Source: Vulcanisaeta distributa DSM 14429
GTDB lineage: Archaea; Thermoproteota; Thermoprotei; Thermoproteales; Thermocladiaceae
Reading direction: 5' to 3'
Assembly (NCBI RefSeq): GCF_000148385.1
Contig: NC_014537.1
Coordinates: 1,710,001-1,742,000 of the forward strand
DNA: 32,000 bases
The position numbers were made by a program, and so were the translations under genes. Positions 9,644 through 18,606 of this stretch are shown here, one piece after another; the first letter of the stretch is position 1, and every line of letters begins with the position of its first letter. A model generated the notes under the pieces. That model was not told the DNA's origin and did no database searches. It worked only from the letters and a program-made list of their open reading frames with translations.

Positions 9644-11479
9644 ATGTGTGGCATTATCGGTATTACGTCGTTGCCGAATAACCTTAGGGAGCCCATTGGT
9701 AAGGTAGTTAGGAGGTGCCTCGAAAGACTTGAGTACAGGGGTTATGACTCTGTCGGTATTGCGGTTATCAAGGGTAATTACATAGAGGTTAGGAAGGGTA
9801 AGGGTAAGATTGCCGAGGTTAGTGCGAGACTAAACTTTGACGAGGTAAACGGTACAACAGCCATTGGGCATACCAGGTGGGCTACCCATGGAAAGCCAAG
9901 TGATGAGAATGCACACCCACATACGGATTGTACGGGTAATGTTGCTGTTGTACATAATGGCATAATATCGAACTTCCTAGAGCTTAAGGAGGAACTCATT
10001 AGGAAGGGTCACGTATTTAAGAGCGAGACTGATACCGAGGTCGTTGCCCATTTAATCGAGGAGTATTTAAAACTTGGTTATAAACCATTTGATGCCTTTA
10101 AGGCGGCACTATCAAGACTGAGGGGCGCCTATGCATTTGTTGTTGCAATAGCTCAGGAACCAAATAGACTCTACTTTGCCAGGAATACCTCGCCATTGGT
10201 CATCGGCATCGGCAATGGCGCTAATTTCGTTGCCAGTGATATACCGGCCTTCCTCGAATTTACAAACATGGTGATAGTACTTAGGGATGGCGAGTATGGG
10301 TATATTGAACCTGGTAAGGTCTATATTGAGAGGGATGGTGTTCCCGTGAATGTTGAGGAGAGGATTAGGCTCATTAGTTGGACGCCTGAGATGGCGAGTA
10401 AGGAGGGGTATCCACATTTCATGCTTAAGGAGATCCATGAGCAGCCATTCGCCATAAATTCAACATTGGCAGGAATTAATGAAAAGGAATTCGATAATGT
10501 AGTTAATCTCCTTTTAAATTCAAGAAAGATATTAATAATTGGTGCCGGTACATCATACCACGCAGGCCTCGTTGGTGATTATCTATTCACAACAATGCTT
10601 GGTCTTGATACACATGCGCTCATATCCTCTGAATATAAGAAGTATGTTAATGCGGTTAACGAGGGCGATACCGTAATAGCCATAAGCCAGTCAGGCGAGA
10701 CCATAGATACGCTGGTTGCCGTGAGGGCATTTAAGGAAAGGGGCGCTAAGGTGGTCGCCATTTCAAACGTAATTGACAGTGCAATACCCAGGGAGTCAAA
10801 TTACGTACTTTATACGAGGGCAGGCCCTGAAATCGGCGTTGCAGCCACGAAGACCTTCACTACCCAATTGGTTGTTCTTACGGTACTCGCCCTAAGGGCT
10901 GGCATTGCAATGGGCAGGTTGAGTCAAGATGAATATAGAAACCTCATGGATTCTCTTAATAAGGTACCAGGGCTTCTTCAAAACGTTATAACAAAAACTG
11001 AGGGTAAGGTGAAGGCGTTAAGTGAGTATATGAAGAGTAGAAATAATGCGTATTACCTGGGTAGAGGCATTGGCGTCCCGTTGAGTATGGAGGGCGCCCT
11101 GAAGCTGAAGGAAATAGCGTACATACATGCCGAGGCATACCCAGCCGGTGAGAGTAAGCATGGACCAATAGCACTTGTTGAGGAGGGTTACCCCGTCGTA
11201 TTCTCGATACTTGATGATGACAATGTAGATGCGCTGCTCGGTAACGTCATGGAAATGAAGGCTAGGGATGCGTACACCATAGGTTTTGTTCCCGAGAAGT
11301 ACGTTGGTAAGTTTAGGGAATTACTGAGCGTAACGTTTGAGTTACCAAACATTGACTATAGGATCGCTCCAATAATATACATAGTACCAATGCAACTCCT
11401 CGCCTATTACACAGCCGTTGCGCGCGGCTACGATCCTGATAAACCAAGGAATTTGGCTAAGACGGTAACCGTGGAGTGA
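9644..11479 (+). CDS. glmS: Glutamine--fructose-6-phosphate aminotransferase (isomerising)
   Basis: N-terminal nucleophile MCGIIGI, HTRWATHG, two SIS domains (AISQSGETIDT), and the C-terminal KPRNLAKTVTVE typical of GlmS. Confidence 0.95.
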   Translation: MCGIIGITSLPNNLREPIGKVVRRCLERLEYRGYDSVGIAVIKGNYIEVRKGKGKIAEVSARLNFDEVNGTTAIGHTRWATHGKPSDENAHPHTDCTGNVAVVHNGIISNFLELKEELIRKGHVFKSETDTEVVAHLIEEYLKLGYKPFDAFKAALSRLRGAYAFVVAIAQEPNRLYFARNTSPLVIGIGNGANFVASDIPAFLEFTNMVIVLRDGEYGYIEPGKVYIERDGVPVNVEERIRLISWTPEMASKEGYPHFMLKEIHEQPFAINSTLAGINEKEFDNVVNLLLNSRKILIIGAGTSYHAGLVGDYLFTTMLGLDTHALISSEYKKYVNAVNEGDTVIAISQSGETIDTLVAVRAFKERGAKVVAISNVIDSAIPRESNYVLYTRAGPEIGVAATKTFTTQLVVLTVLALRAGIAMGRLSQDEYRNLMDSLNKVPGLLQNVITKTEGKVKALSEYMKSRNNAYYLGRGIGVPLSMEGALKLKEIAYIHAEAYPAGESKHGPIALVEEGYPVVFSILDDDNVDALLGNVMEMKARDAYTIGFVPEKYVGKFRELLSVTFELPNIDYRIAPIIYIVPMQLLAYYTAVARGYDPDKPRNLAKTVTVE

Positions 11480-12672
11480 GCAGTATGGCACATTATAGGG
11501 AGGTTCTTGGGGTAATACTTGGTGGCGGTAGGGGCACCAACATGGAACCATTAACGCCCTATCTCGATAAGCCACTCATTAAGTTACTGGGTAAGCCATT
11601 GATTTATTATCCAACGAATAACCTGGTCTATCTAGGGTTAAGGACGATTTACATAATCTCCAGGGACCCGGCTAAGGTAGGTAATGAGGTTGGTCGATAC
11701 TTTAGCAATGTTTCGATAGAAAACGTTGGGCAGAGGGGTGATGATATTGACAGTGCATTAAAGATGATATATGAAATCGCCGGTAGGGGTACAACAATAA
11801 TATCCTTTGGTGATGTTATACTGCCCCGAGAGGCTTATGAACTTGCGCTAAATAGCCACGTGAATTCAGGTAAGCCGGTTACCGTATTGATGACTCCACT
11901 GTCAGATTTACAGGGTTACTTCGAGGTTCAGGTGGATGATGTCGTGGTAATTAATAAGGTTAATGAGCATAAATCGGGTTATGCGTGGACTGGCATACTA
12001 ATCGCTGAGAGGGAGTTCCTGGTCTCTCTTCATGACTTTAATGGGAATATTAATAGCACCTTAATGAGGTTTAAGGGCAATGTTAACGTAGCTCTTTGGA
12101 GTGGGTGGTTCGTTGATGTCAGCTATCCCTGGGACTTATTAAGCGCCATAAAGTATCTAATGAGTGATTTAAGGGAGGCTAGGATTAGTAAGGATGCCGA
12201 TATCTCGTCGAAGGCGGTCATAGAGGGACCCGTAATAGTTGATGAGGGCGCCAGGATAGACCACGGCGCAATAATTAGGGGGCCTGTGTATATCGGTAGG
12301 AATGCGTACGTCGGTAATAATGCATTAATTAGGAACAATACATCGCTTGAGGAGGAGTCGGTGATAGGCGCTGATGCTGAAATAACGGAGTCTCTCATTG
12401 GGTATAGGGCTACCGTGGGTAGGGGTTCATTCATAGGTAGTTCAGTAATTGGTGATGAAAGCACCATAGAACCTGGCGTTGTAACACTAAATGTATTACC
12501 GAGTGGGGTCGAGGTATCACACCTATCACCTGTCATTGTTAAGGGTAAGCAAATAGCTAAGTTGGGCGCCATTGTGGGGCCTAAGGCTAGGGTTGGGGCT
12601 AATTCCGTGATCTATCCAGGATCAATAATAGAACATAATAGGTATATACCACCGCTATCGGTATTGAAGTAA
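11476..12672 (+). CDS. NTP-transferase + LbH protein, GlmU-like (putative sugar-1-P nucleotidylyl/acetyltransferase)
   Basis: A divergent nucleotidyltransferase motif GVILGGGRGTNMEPLTPYLDKPLIKL is followed by C-terminal hexapeptide repeats (IIRGPVYIGRNAYVGNNALIRNNTSLEEESVIGADAEI). It overlaps the glmS stop by 4 nt (GTGA). An alternative ATG at 11485 is preceded by GGAGTGA. Confidence 0.65.
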   Translation: MSSMAHYREVLGVILGGGRGTNMEPLTPYLDKPLIKLLGKPLIYYPTNNLVYLGLRTIYIISRDPAKVGNEVGRYFSNVSIENVGQRGDDIDSALKMIYEIAGRGTTIISFGDVILPREAYELALNSHVNSGKPVTVLMTPLSDLQGYFEVQVDDVVVINKVNEHKSGYAWTGILIAEREFLVSLHDFNGNINSTLMRFKGNVNVALWSGWFVDVSYPWDLLSAIKYLMSDLREARISKDADISSKAVIEGPVIVDEGARIDHGAIIRGPVYIGRNAYVGNNALIRNNTSLEEESVIGADAEITESLIGYRATVGRGSFIGSSVIGDESTIEPGVVTLNVLPSGVEVSHLSPVIVKGKQIAKLGAIVGPKARVGANSVIYPGSIIEHNRYIPPLSVLK

Positions 12673-12678
12673 TTAAAA

Positions 12679-13581
12679 ATGTACGTGACGATATTCACAT
12701 CAAGGCAGGACTACACCTCGAGACTAGGAATGGGTATTTATTTAAGGCCTAGGTGTGATTATGCATTATGGTTGTGGAACGCCTATGAGTTAATTAATGC
12801 CAATGTAGGGTATTGCGGTGATGAATTAATGGCAAGGTATCTGGATGTATATAGGGAATTACGGTGGGAAAGGAGCGTTAAATCTATCGTAAACCTGAAG
12901 AGCGAAATGATGAGGGTCAGGAGTGAATTAAGAAGGGGCTGTTCTGATGAATTAATATGCTTAGCAAATAGGTTGTATGAGTATAATAAAGCGGTAAACA
13001 TGTTGTATAGTTATTACAGAAGAATTAAGGAATTGAGCCCTGAGGACCTCTCTAAGTTATCCATCGCATTTAATAGATATAACATGCCCTTAATGAGCCT
13101 CAGGGTACTTGATGAATTAATGTCTTCATCTAATGATGAACTAAAATACTTAACTTTCTTATCATTGCTTAATCCAATAACGTGGCCATTTCACATAACT
13201 ATGGATACGAAGATTACACCATACCTCAATTGGATTCTCATGTACATTAATGAGCACTTCATAATTTTAATAACGAGTTTAAACCGTGCATATGCAATTA
13301 GTGATTTGAACATTAATATCAATGGTGGTAAGGTAACCCTCAGTAATGATTATGAGTTTATGTCCATAATGCCAACGCACATAGTGACTAGGATTGAATC
13401 CCTGGATGGGCATGGATTAATATTCGTAGGTAATTGGAGTGATTCCGCCATTGACTTCAACATTGACTTTAGGCCGAGGGAGGGTTCTATCAAGGGTGTA
13501 TCGCTTGATGCTAACCTTTCACAATTAACACCAATTATGGTGCCTCCTCACGATTACTTATCAATTAAGTATAGTGTATGA
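12679..13581 (+). CDS. Hypothetical protein (orphan, 300 aa)
   Basis: ATG lies 6 nt after the previous stop. The ORF is uninterrupted for 900 nt in AT-rich DNA. The N-terminal half looks helical and the C-terminal half beta-rich. I recognise no motifs. Confidence 0.45.
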   Translation: MYVTIFTSRQDYTSRLGMGIYLRPRCDYALWLWNAYELINANVGYCGDELMARYLDVYRELRWERSVKSIVNLKSEMMRVRSELRRGCSDELICLANRLYEYNKAVNMLYSYYRRIKELSPEDLSKLSIAFNRYNMPLMSLRVLDELMSSSNDELKYLTFLSLLNPITWPFHITMDTKITPYLNWILMYINEHFIILITSLNRAYAISDLNININGGKVTLSNDYEFMSIMPTHIVTRIESLDGHGLIFVGNWSDSAIDFNIDFRPREGSIKGVSLDANLSQLTPIMVPPHDYLSIKYSV

Positions 13582-13622
13582 TTAAGATAAGGGATAAGAT
13601 GAATCGCTTAATTTGAAGTATA

Positions 13623-14558
13623 TTAGGCAACCCTTGGTGCCAGGTAGAATTGAATGGAACCAATCGCAAAGTCCATCGTTAACTTTAATGGCTTATTATT
13701 ATCAAATTCTATCGTCACAGTCTCACTAATCTGTTTCATGGGTTTAATAAAGTCAAGTAATAATTCAACGGAGTACGTTGAGTCATGGGAACCCTGCACT
13801 GAGTATTCATAAAAGACCTCATCACTACTTGTGTAAGTTGTCTCAATTGCCTTACCACCCTCACCCTCAGCCAATATAGAGAAGGAGTCCTCCTTAGCTA
13901 TAAACCTCACGGAATCGGAAACCTCATTGGCTGCGCTTAATACGTCAACAAAAACCCCCATATCCATCCTAATCCTAACAGGGTACTCAAGCTTTGGCTC
14001 AGGGACCTCCTCTTCAGCAATGTTAATTATGGGAAGTCCAAACCTCCTATAGAAACCACCCTCCCTACCCTTCTTCGTGTATATAGTTATGAAGAACCTA
14101 TTCTTAGCCGTATCAACACCAAGCTCAACCTTCTCTCTAGCCTTGACCCTCTTCAAAATCTTCTTAACAAGGTCGAAGCTTATCCCAACTTTCAACTCCT
14201 TCGTCACTGTGTACTCCTCAAGTCCTGAGCCAGGTATGTTCAATATCACTAGAGAAACCTTGCTCGGATCTATCGACTTCATCTTAATACCCTCAGAATC
14301 AATGATAAGGTTCGACTCCTGAAGTAGATTGGCTAGGGCCGTAAATACGTACCTAAACTCCTTACCCTTAGGGAACATTATCCTGTAGTACTCCTCGGTC
14401 TCAACAACGCCGCCTGCACCACCCTCCTCGGCGCCTTCTTCACTGACCTCTTCTGTTTCCTCCGTTGTCTCTTCCACGGCTTCCTCGCCTTCAGTGGTCT
14501 CCTCTTCTTCCTCACTTTCTTCACGTTCCTCCTTCTCAGGCTCCTCACTCTCAACCAT
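13623..14558 (-). CDS. pcn: DNA polymerase sliding clamp (PCNA) with 60-residue poly-Glu N-terminal extension
   Basis: From M61 (MFPKGKEFRYVFTALANLLQESNLIIDSEGIKMKSIDPSKVSLVILNIPGSGLEEY...YLAPRV) the sequence matches the archaeal PCNA pattern and its canonical length of about 251 aa. The TATA-like box lies upstream of M1, not M61. Confidence 0.85.
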   Translation of the reverse strand: MVESEEPEKEEREESEEEEETTEGEEAVEETTEETEEVSEEGAEEGGAGGVVETEEYYRIMFPKGKEFRYVFTALANLLQESNLIIDSEGIKMKSIDPSKVSLVILNIPGSGLEEYTVTKELKVGISFDLVKKILKRVKAREKVELGVDTAKNRFFITIYTKKGREGGFYRRFGLPIINIAEEEVPEPKLEYPVRIRMDMGVFVDVLSAANEVSDSVRFIAKEDSFSILAEGEGGKAIETTYTSSDEVFYEYSVQGSHDSTYSVELLLDFIKPMKQISETVTIEFDNNKPLKLTMDFAIGSIQFYLAPRVA

Positions 14559-14580
14559 AATTGATTGATACTAATTGTAG

Positions 14581-14594
14581 TTTTAATTTAAAAG
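14581..14594 (-). promoter_or_regulatory. TATA-like box for PCNA (upstream of M1 of the extended ORF)
   Basis: The minus strand reads CCTTTTAAATTAAAA, centred about 30 nt upstream of ATG 14558. Confidence 0.5.
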
Positions 14595-14644
14595 GCTTTC
14601 ATCGCCTAAATTAAGATAATTTCAGCAGGGTATAATGAGGAAGG

Positions 14645-14656
14645 AATTATATTATT
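14645..14656 (+). promoter_or_regulatory. TATA-like box for tiaS
   Basis: AATTATATTATT is centred about 28 nt upstream of ATG 14678. Confidence 0.45.
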
Positions 14657-14677
14657 CCCCATAGGACTTATCGCAAA

Positions 14678-15946
14678 ATGCCTTACTTAATGATTGGTAT
14701 TGATGATACTGATTGGGAGGGTGGTGGGTGCACGACCTATGTCATGTATTCATTCGTAAAATACCTAATTAAGGATGGTTCGATTAATAATGTTGTTGGA
14801 CTACCACGTTTAACGAGGCTGAATCCTTATGTACCATTTAAGACAAGAGGTAATGCATCCCTATCAATAATCATACATGTTGCGTCTGAGGATGAGGTCG
14901 CGAATTATGTTGAGTTGATGGAATCATTAATAGACCAAATGGTTAAGAGAGTTGGTAAGACAAGCCCTGGAATTGCGTATATGGTAATAAATGACTTATC
15001 GAATATCAACGAGAGGTTACTTTGGTTTTATAGGAAAAGTGTTAGGGATATGGTTACGCTAGACCTCGCACGTAAGGTTGCTGATAAGGTTAATGCCAAG
15101 CTCGTGGGTGGCAGAGGTGTCATAGGGGCATTAGCGTCTTTAGGATTTATTCCAATTGATGCTACATTCGAGTTCATTGCATACAGGCTTGAGGATGAGG
15201 AAAGACCTATCATTAAACCCAGTGATGTAAAGCCCTGGGATGATGTAACAAGCCACTTCACGTTTTTGAATATATACGATAACCAGGTACTCATTGAGCC
15301 CCACGGGCCTGACCCCGTGCTCTTTGGCGTTAGGGGTGATTCACCATATCATGTGCTTGCCATGGGCAATTACCTAGCCAATAAGTATAATGCCATTGGT
15401 TGGATCATTTACATAACGAACCAGGGAACTAACGATCATAGATCACGCATGAGCGAATTCATACCATATAGGAATGTCGATCTCGTGGGTGCTATCACGA
15501 ATGTAGTATTCAATGATAAGGGGCATGCATTCATTGCCTTTGATAATGACAGAAGGGCAATAGCATACAGGCACCTGGGGATTTCCAGGGAATTAGATGG
15601 TTGCGTTGGTTGCGTTGTTCAGGCGTGGGGTGGTGTTAAGTTAAATGGTGATTTCAGCCTTTACATAGAAGGTGTGAGGGTTCTTCATGATAGATATGTT
15701 GAGGTGAGGAATCCGAGGTGCCCTGTGTGTGGTGGACCCATGGAGTCAGTGGGTAGGTCGGGCATATTAAGGTGTAAGCGGTGTGGTTTTCAGGATAGGT
15801 TACCCAGGGTGTTAGTGCCGAGAAATAGGTGGTTCTCAGTAAATCCCAGGGCTAGTGAGTATAGGCATTTAATGAAGCCTAGCGAGAGGGTTGGTCTTGA
15901 GGGTCTTGCACTCTATATGCCTAAACCATTTCTATGGGTTTATTGA
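14678..15946 (+). CDS. tiaS: tRNA(Ile2) 2-agmatinylcytidine synthetase TiaS
   Basis: Hallmark N-terminus IGIDDTDWEGGGCTTY and LNPYVPFKTRGNASL, with a C-terminal zinc ribbon CPVCGGPMESVGRSGILRCKRCG. Length about 420 aa, as in characterised TiaS. Confidence 0.85.
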   Translation: MPYLMIGIDDTDWEGGGCTTYVMYSFVKYLIKDGSINNVVGLPRLTRLNPYVPFKTRGNASLSIIIHVASEDEVANYVELMESLIDQMVKRVGKTSPGIAYMVINDLSNINERLLWFYRKSVRDMVTLDLARKVADKVNAKLVGGRGVIGALASLGFIPIDATFEFIAYRLEDEERPIIKPSDVKPWDDVTSHFTFLNIYDNQVLIEPHGPDPVLFGVRGDSPYHVLAMGNYLANKYNAIGWIIYITNQGTNDHRSRMSEFIPYRNVDLVGAITNVVFNDKGHAFIAFDNDRRAIAYRHLGISRELDGCVGCVVQAWGGVKLNGDFSLYIEGVRVLHDRYVEVRNPRCPVCGGPMESVGRSGILRCKRCGFQDRLPRVLVPRNRWFSVNPRASEYRHLMKPSERVGLEGLALYMPKPFLWVY

Positions 15947-16118
15947 TTACTATAGAGAAAGGTTTTTAATACATCTAATTACGGCACTCAAGAAGCCTAT
16001 GAATGTGGAGAGCATTGCTGAGTCTAGGGTCATGAATTCTCTTAGAATTGATTTAAAAGTGAGCATTAACTATGAGGTTAAGTTGCGGCGATTAAGTAGG
16101 TTAATTCGACTGCGGAAG

Positions 16119-16883
16119 TTAATGAGCCTTGGACTTTAAAATTGAAAGTAAATCACCCAGGAAAGCTGGTAATTCCTCCTCACGAACCCACAACAGCACT
16201 GGTAGATCAAGGCCCTCATTATATCTATGCCTAATACCAATAGGGTACTCAACAACCTTCATGGCAGGAATATCATTCTCTGAATCACCCATATACATTA
16301 TTGGTCCCTTTATGCCCATGAGCTCCCTAAGCCGTGATACGGCATAACCCTTATCAACCTGAATACCTGGATATATATCTATGAATGGATGACCCCTATA
16401 CCTGATTACATTGAACCCCAATTCATTAGCCAATTTAATAATACGATTTAGAGCCTCCATATTTATTGAGCCCCTGGCTCTCCAATCAATTCCTAATCCA
16501 CCAATTAAATCACCAACATGCTTAATCTCTACGTATATATTCCTTAATTCATCAATGCCGTTCATATAATTAATTATGAACATAAATTTATCCTGCCACT
16601 TAGGTAAATCCTCATGTATATAGCGATTATCATTAATCCTTATCTCAAGGCCATTCGTGCACGACCACGCCCTGGCAAACCCCGTCCTCGGTATTAAAAA
16701 GTCACAATCCTTCGTGCTTACTACAGCTATTGGTATGTACATGCTTATTTCACGTAATTTCTCATAAATAGGTTCGGGAGGTTTACTCAGGTTCCTGGCA
16801 ACGTCTATCGGCGCTATTGTTCCATCATAATCAGTAAATAACGCTGAAACATTCCTAAATATGTTAATTTTATTATTGGGCAT
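16119..16883 (-). CDS. HAD-IIB phosphatase, trehalose-6-phosphate phosphatase-like
   Basis: Motif I FTDYDGTIAPI (the T6PP-type DYDGT signature) and motif IV YMGDSENDIPAM. Substrate was not established; mannosyl- or glucosyl-3-phosphoglycerate phosphatases are alternatives. Confidence 0.6.
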   Translation of the reverse strand: MPNNKINIFRNVSALFTDYDGTIAPIDVARNLSKPPEPIYEKLREISMYIPIAVVSTKDCDFLIPRTGFARAWSCTNGLEIRINDNRYIHEDLPKWQDKFMFIINYMNGIDELRNIYVEIKHVGDLIGGLGIDWRARGSINMEALNRIIKLANELGFNVIRYRGHPFIDIYPGIQVDKGYAVSRLRELMGIKGPIMYMGDSENDIPAMKVVEYPIGIRHRYNEGLDLPVLLWVREEELPAFLGDLLSILKSKAH

Positions 16884-16949
16884 TACCGAGTTCGTGTAAT
16901 ATAATCAATTTAATAAGATTTATTTTCTCCACAACCTCTAAGGCGCTGA

Positions 16950-18143
16950 ATGTACCTTAGTAGGTATGAGGAGGCAATGCTTCGTGGTGACTATGGAGAT
17001 GCCATTGCAAGGGCAATGCAGGTAATAGTTAGGGTTGGCGATGTGCTCAAGGCCGATAAGTTGCTCGATATAGAGACGGCGCACATTGCAGGTGTTTCCT
17101 ACTTAACAATAGGTGATCCAGGCCTTGAGTACTTAGAGGACTTAGCCAAGTCTAATGCTAGGTTTCGTGTATTTACAACGGTTAACCCCGTGGGCATTGA
17201 TATGCTTAATGATTGGGGAATAGATAAAGAATTCATCGATAAACAATGGAGAATAATAAATGCGTTAAAGAGTATGGGCGCCAGCCTATGGCTCACGTGC
17301 ACCCCATATGAGTACCTACGGATTAGACCGAGAACCTACCACGCATGGGCTGAATCGAACGCCGTAGCTTACGTAAATGCCATCTACGACGCATGGACTG
17401 AGAAGTTACCGGGACCCTTTGTGGTGTTATCAGCATTGGTTGGTAAAGTACCGAGGTACGGACTTTATACGATAAATGGTAGAACGCCAACACACATTGT
17501 TAGGGTTAAGGGAAACCAACCAATCACTGACCCATTAATCGCTGGGCTCCTAGGCAAAAGGATTGCAGAGTCTGTCAGTGATGGGAAGCCATACCTCGTG
17601 GCCAAACTTGGTGGCAATGCCGTAATTAAGCAATTACTAGCTAGTTACGCTACATACTCACCCCATGCATTCATTGTTATTGACGGAATAACACCAAACT
17701 ATAAGGAGTATTTTGCAATGATGAGTAGGCCTGAGGTAATAGATATTGATATTAATGACATTATTAAAGATGCTAAAACTCAGGCACGTAACTTTGATGC
17801 GGTATTCCTCGGGTGTCCTCATTACGGAATTGATGAAGTCCTGTCAGTGGTTAATTACGTGAGGAATAGGGGATTTAAGAGGGCTAAGAAGCCCATTTAC
17901 ATAGCCACAACTCCCTTCGTAATTAATTCCCTAAGCCAGGGCATCATTAATATGCTTAAGGACTCTAATATACACCTAGTATTAACTACATGCCCAGTAG
18001 TATCACCATTCCTTAAGAGCGTTAGGGTTAATATCGTAGCCACCGAGTCAGTTAAGCAGATGTATTACCTGCCTAAGATGGTTGGCATTAACTATATAAG
18101 TTGTGATGGTATTGAGTGCCTGGACTTAGCATTCGATGATTAG
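16950..18143 (+). CDS. Aconitase X large (catalytic) subunit, DUF521; putative phosphomevalonate dehydratase large subunit
   Basis: The N-terminus MYLSRYEEAMLRGDYGDAIARAMQVIVRVGDVLKADKLLDIETAHIAGVSYLTIGDPGLEYLEDLA matches the AcnX/DUF521 pattern. Its length of about 397 aa corresponds to the large subunit only. Confidence 0.8.
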   Translation: MYLSRYEEAMLRGDYGDAIARAMQVIVRVGDVLKADKLLDIETAHIAGVSYLTIGDPGLEYLEDLAKSNARFRVFTTVNPVGIDMLNDWGIDKEFIDKQWRIINALKSMGASLWLTCTPYEYLRIRPRTYHAWAESNAVAYVNAIYDAWTEKLPGPFVVLSALVGKVPRYGLYTINGRTPTHIVRVKGNQPITDPLIAGLLGKRIAESVSDGKPYLVAKLGGNAVIKQLLASYATYSPHAFIVIDGITPNYKEYFAMMSRPEVIDIDINDIIKDAKTQARNFDAVFLGCPHYGIDEVLSVVNYVRNRGFKRAKKPIYIATTPFVINSLSQGIINMLKDSNIHLVLTTCPVVSPFLKSVRVNIVATESVKQMYYLPKMVGINYISCDGIECLDLAFDD

Positions 18144-18151
18144 TGGGGGTG

Positions 18152-18595
18152 ATGGGCATTAAGTACGTGTCCTTCGATATAGATGGAGTCCTTGTTGATT
18201 CGGAAAATAGATTAAGATTGTGCCTTAAGCCTAATAATGAAGTTGATTGGGATTGCTTCCTTGATTGTAATAAATTGTTTATGGATAGTCCTAAACCAAG
18301 AAACATAAGTCTCCTTAAGTTATTAAGGGATAGGGGTTTTGGCATAATAATAGTGACGGGTAGGAGGGAGTCAATGAGGGAATGCACAATAAGTCAACTA
18401 CGGAGTTTTGGCGTGAAGGAATTTGACGAGTTATTTATGAGGCCCGATAATAATACTCAACCTGACCCAATCTATAAATCGTGGATTATTAAGAATATAA
18501 TGAGGAGGTATGAGATTCTCGTGCACTTCGACGATAATGCCAATACCGTATCAACCTTAGTGAGTAATGGAATTGATGCTGTGGTGATTTCTTAA
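18152..18595 (+). CDS. HAD-superfamily phosphatase (polynucleotide-kinase-phosphatase-like subfamily)
   Basis: Motif I FDIDGVLVD, motif II IIIVTGRRE, and LFMRPDNNTQPDPIYKSW...VHFDDN resemble the T4 Pnk phosphatase-type HAD domain. The ORF track starts at GTG 18143; ATG 18152 places DxD at the usual distance from the N-terminus. Confidence 0.65.
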   Translation: MGIKYVSFDIDGVLVDSENRLRLCLKPNNEVDWDCFLDCNKLFMDSPKPRNISLLKLLRDRGFGIIIVTGRRESMRECTISQLRSFGVKEFDELFMRPDNNTQPDPIYKSWIIKNIMRRYEILVHFDDNANTVSTLVSNGIDAVVIS

Positions 18596-18606
18596 AGTGA
18601 TGCGTC

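Noticed and set aside
287-12572. Antisense ORFs nested in strong genes (287-490, 627-983, 1785-2159, 2743-3129, 3730-4080, 4141-4383, 6577-6822, 7943-8203, 9778-9999, 10112-10438, 10579-10761, 10986-11174, 11342-11575, 12123-12572)
   Set aside because: Each lies opposite a CDS with clear family motifs. Their sequences are S/L/P/I-rich in the way typical of antisense frames.
15891-16139. 82-aa plus-strand ORF, and a possible C/D-box sRNA (ATGAATG-12 nt-CTGA ... TCATGAA-12 nt-TGAT), in the 172-nt gap between the convergent tiaS and HAD-IIB genes
   Set aside because: The ORF overlaps the tiaS 3' end and has no start context. The box elements deviate from RUGAUGA/CUGA at several positions and no terminal stem is evident. 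The spacing coincidence alone is insufficient.
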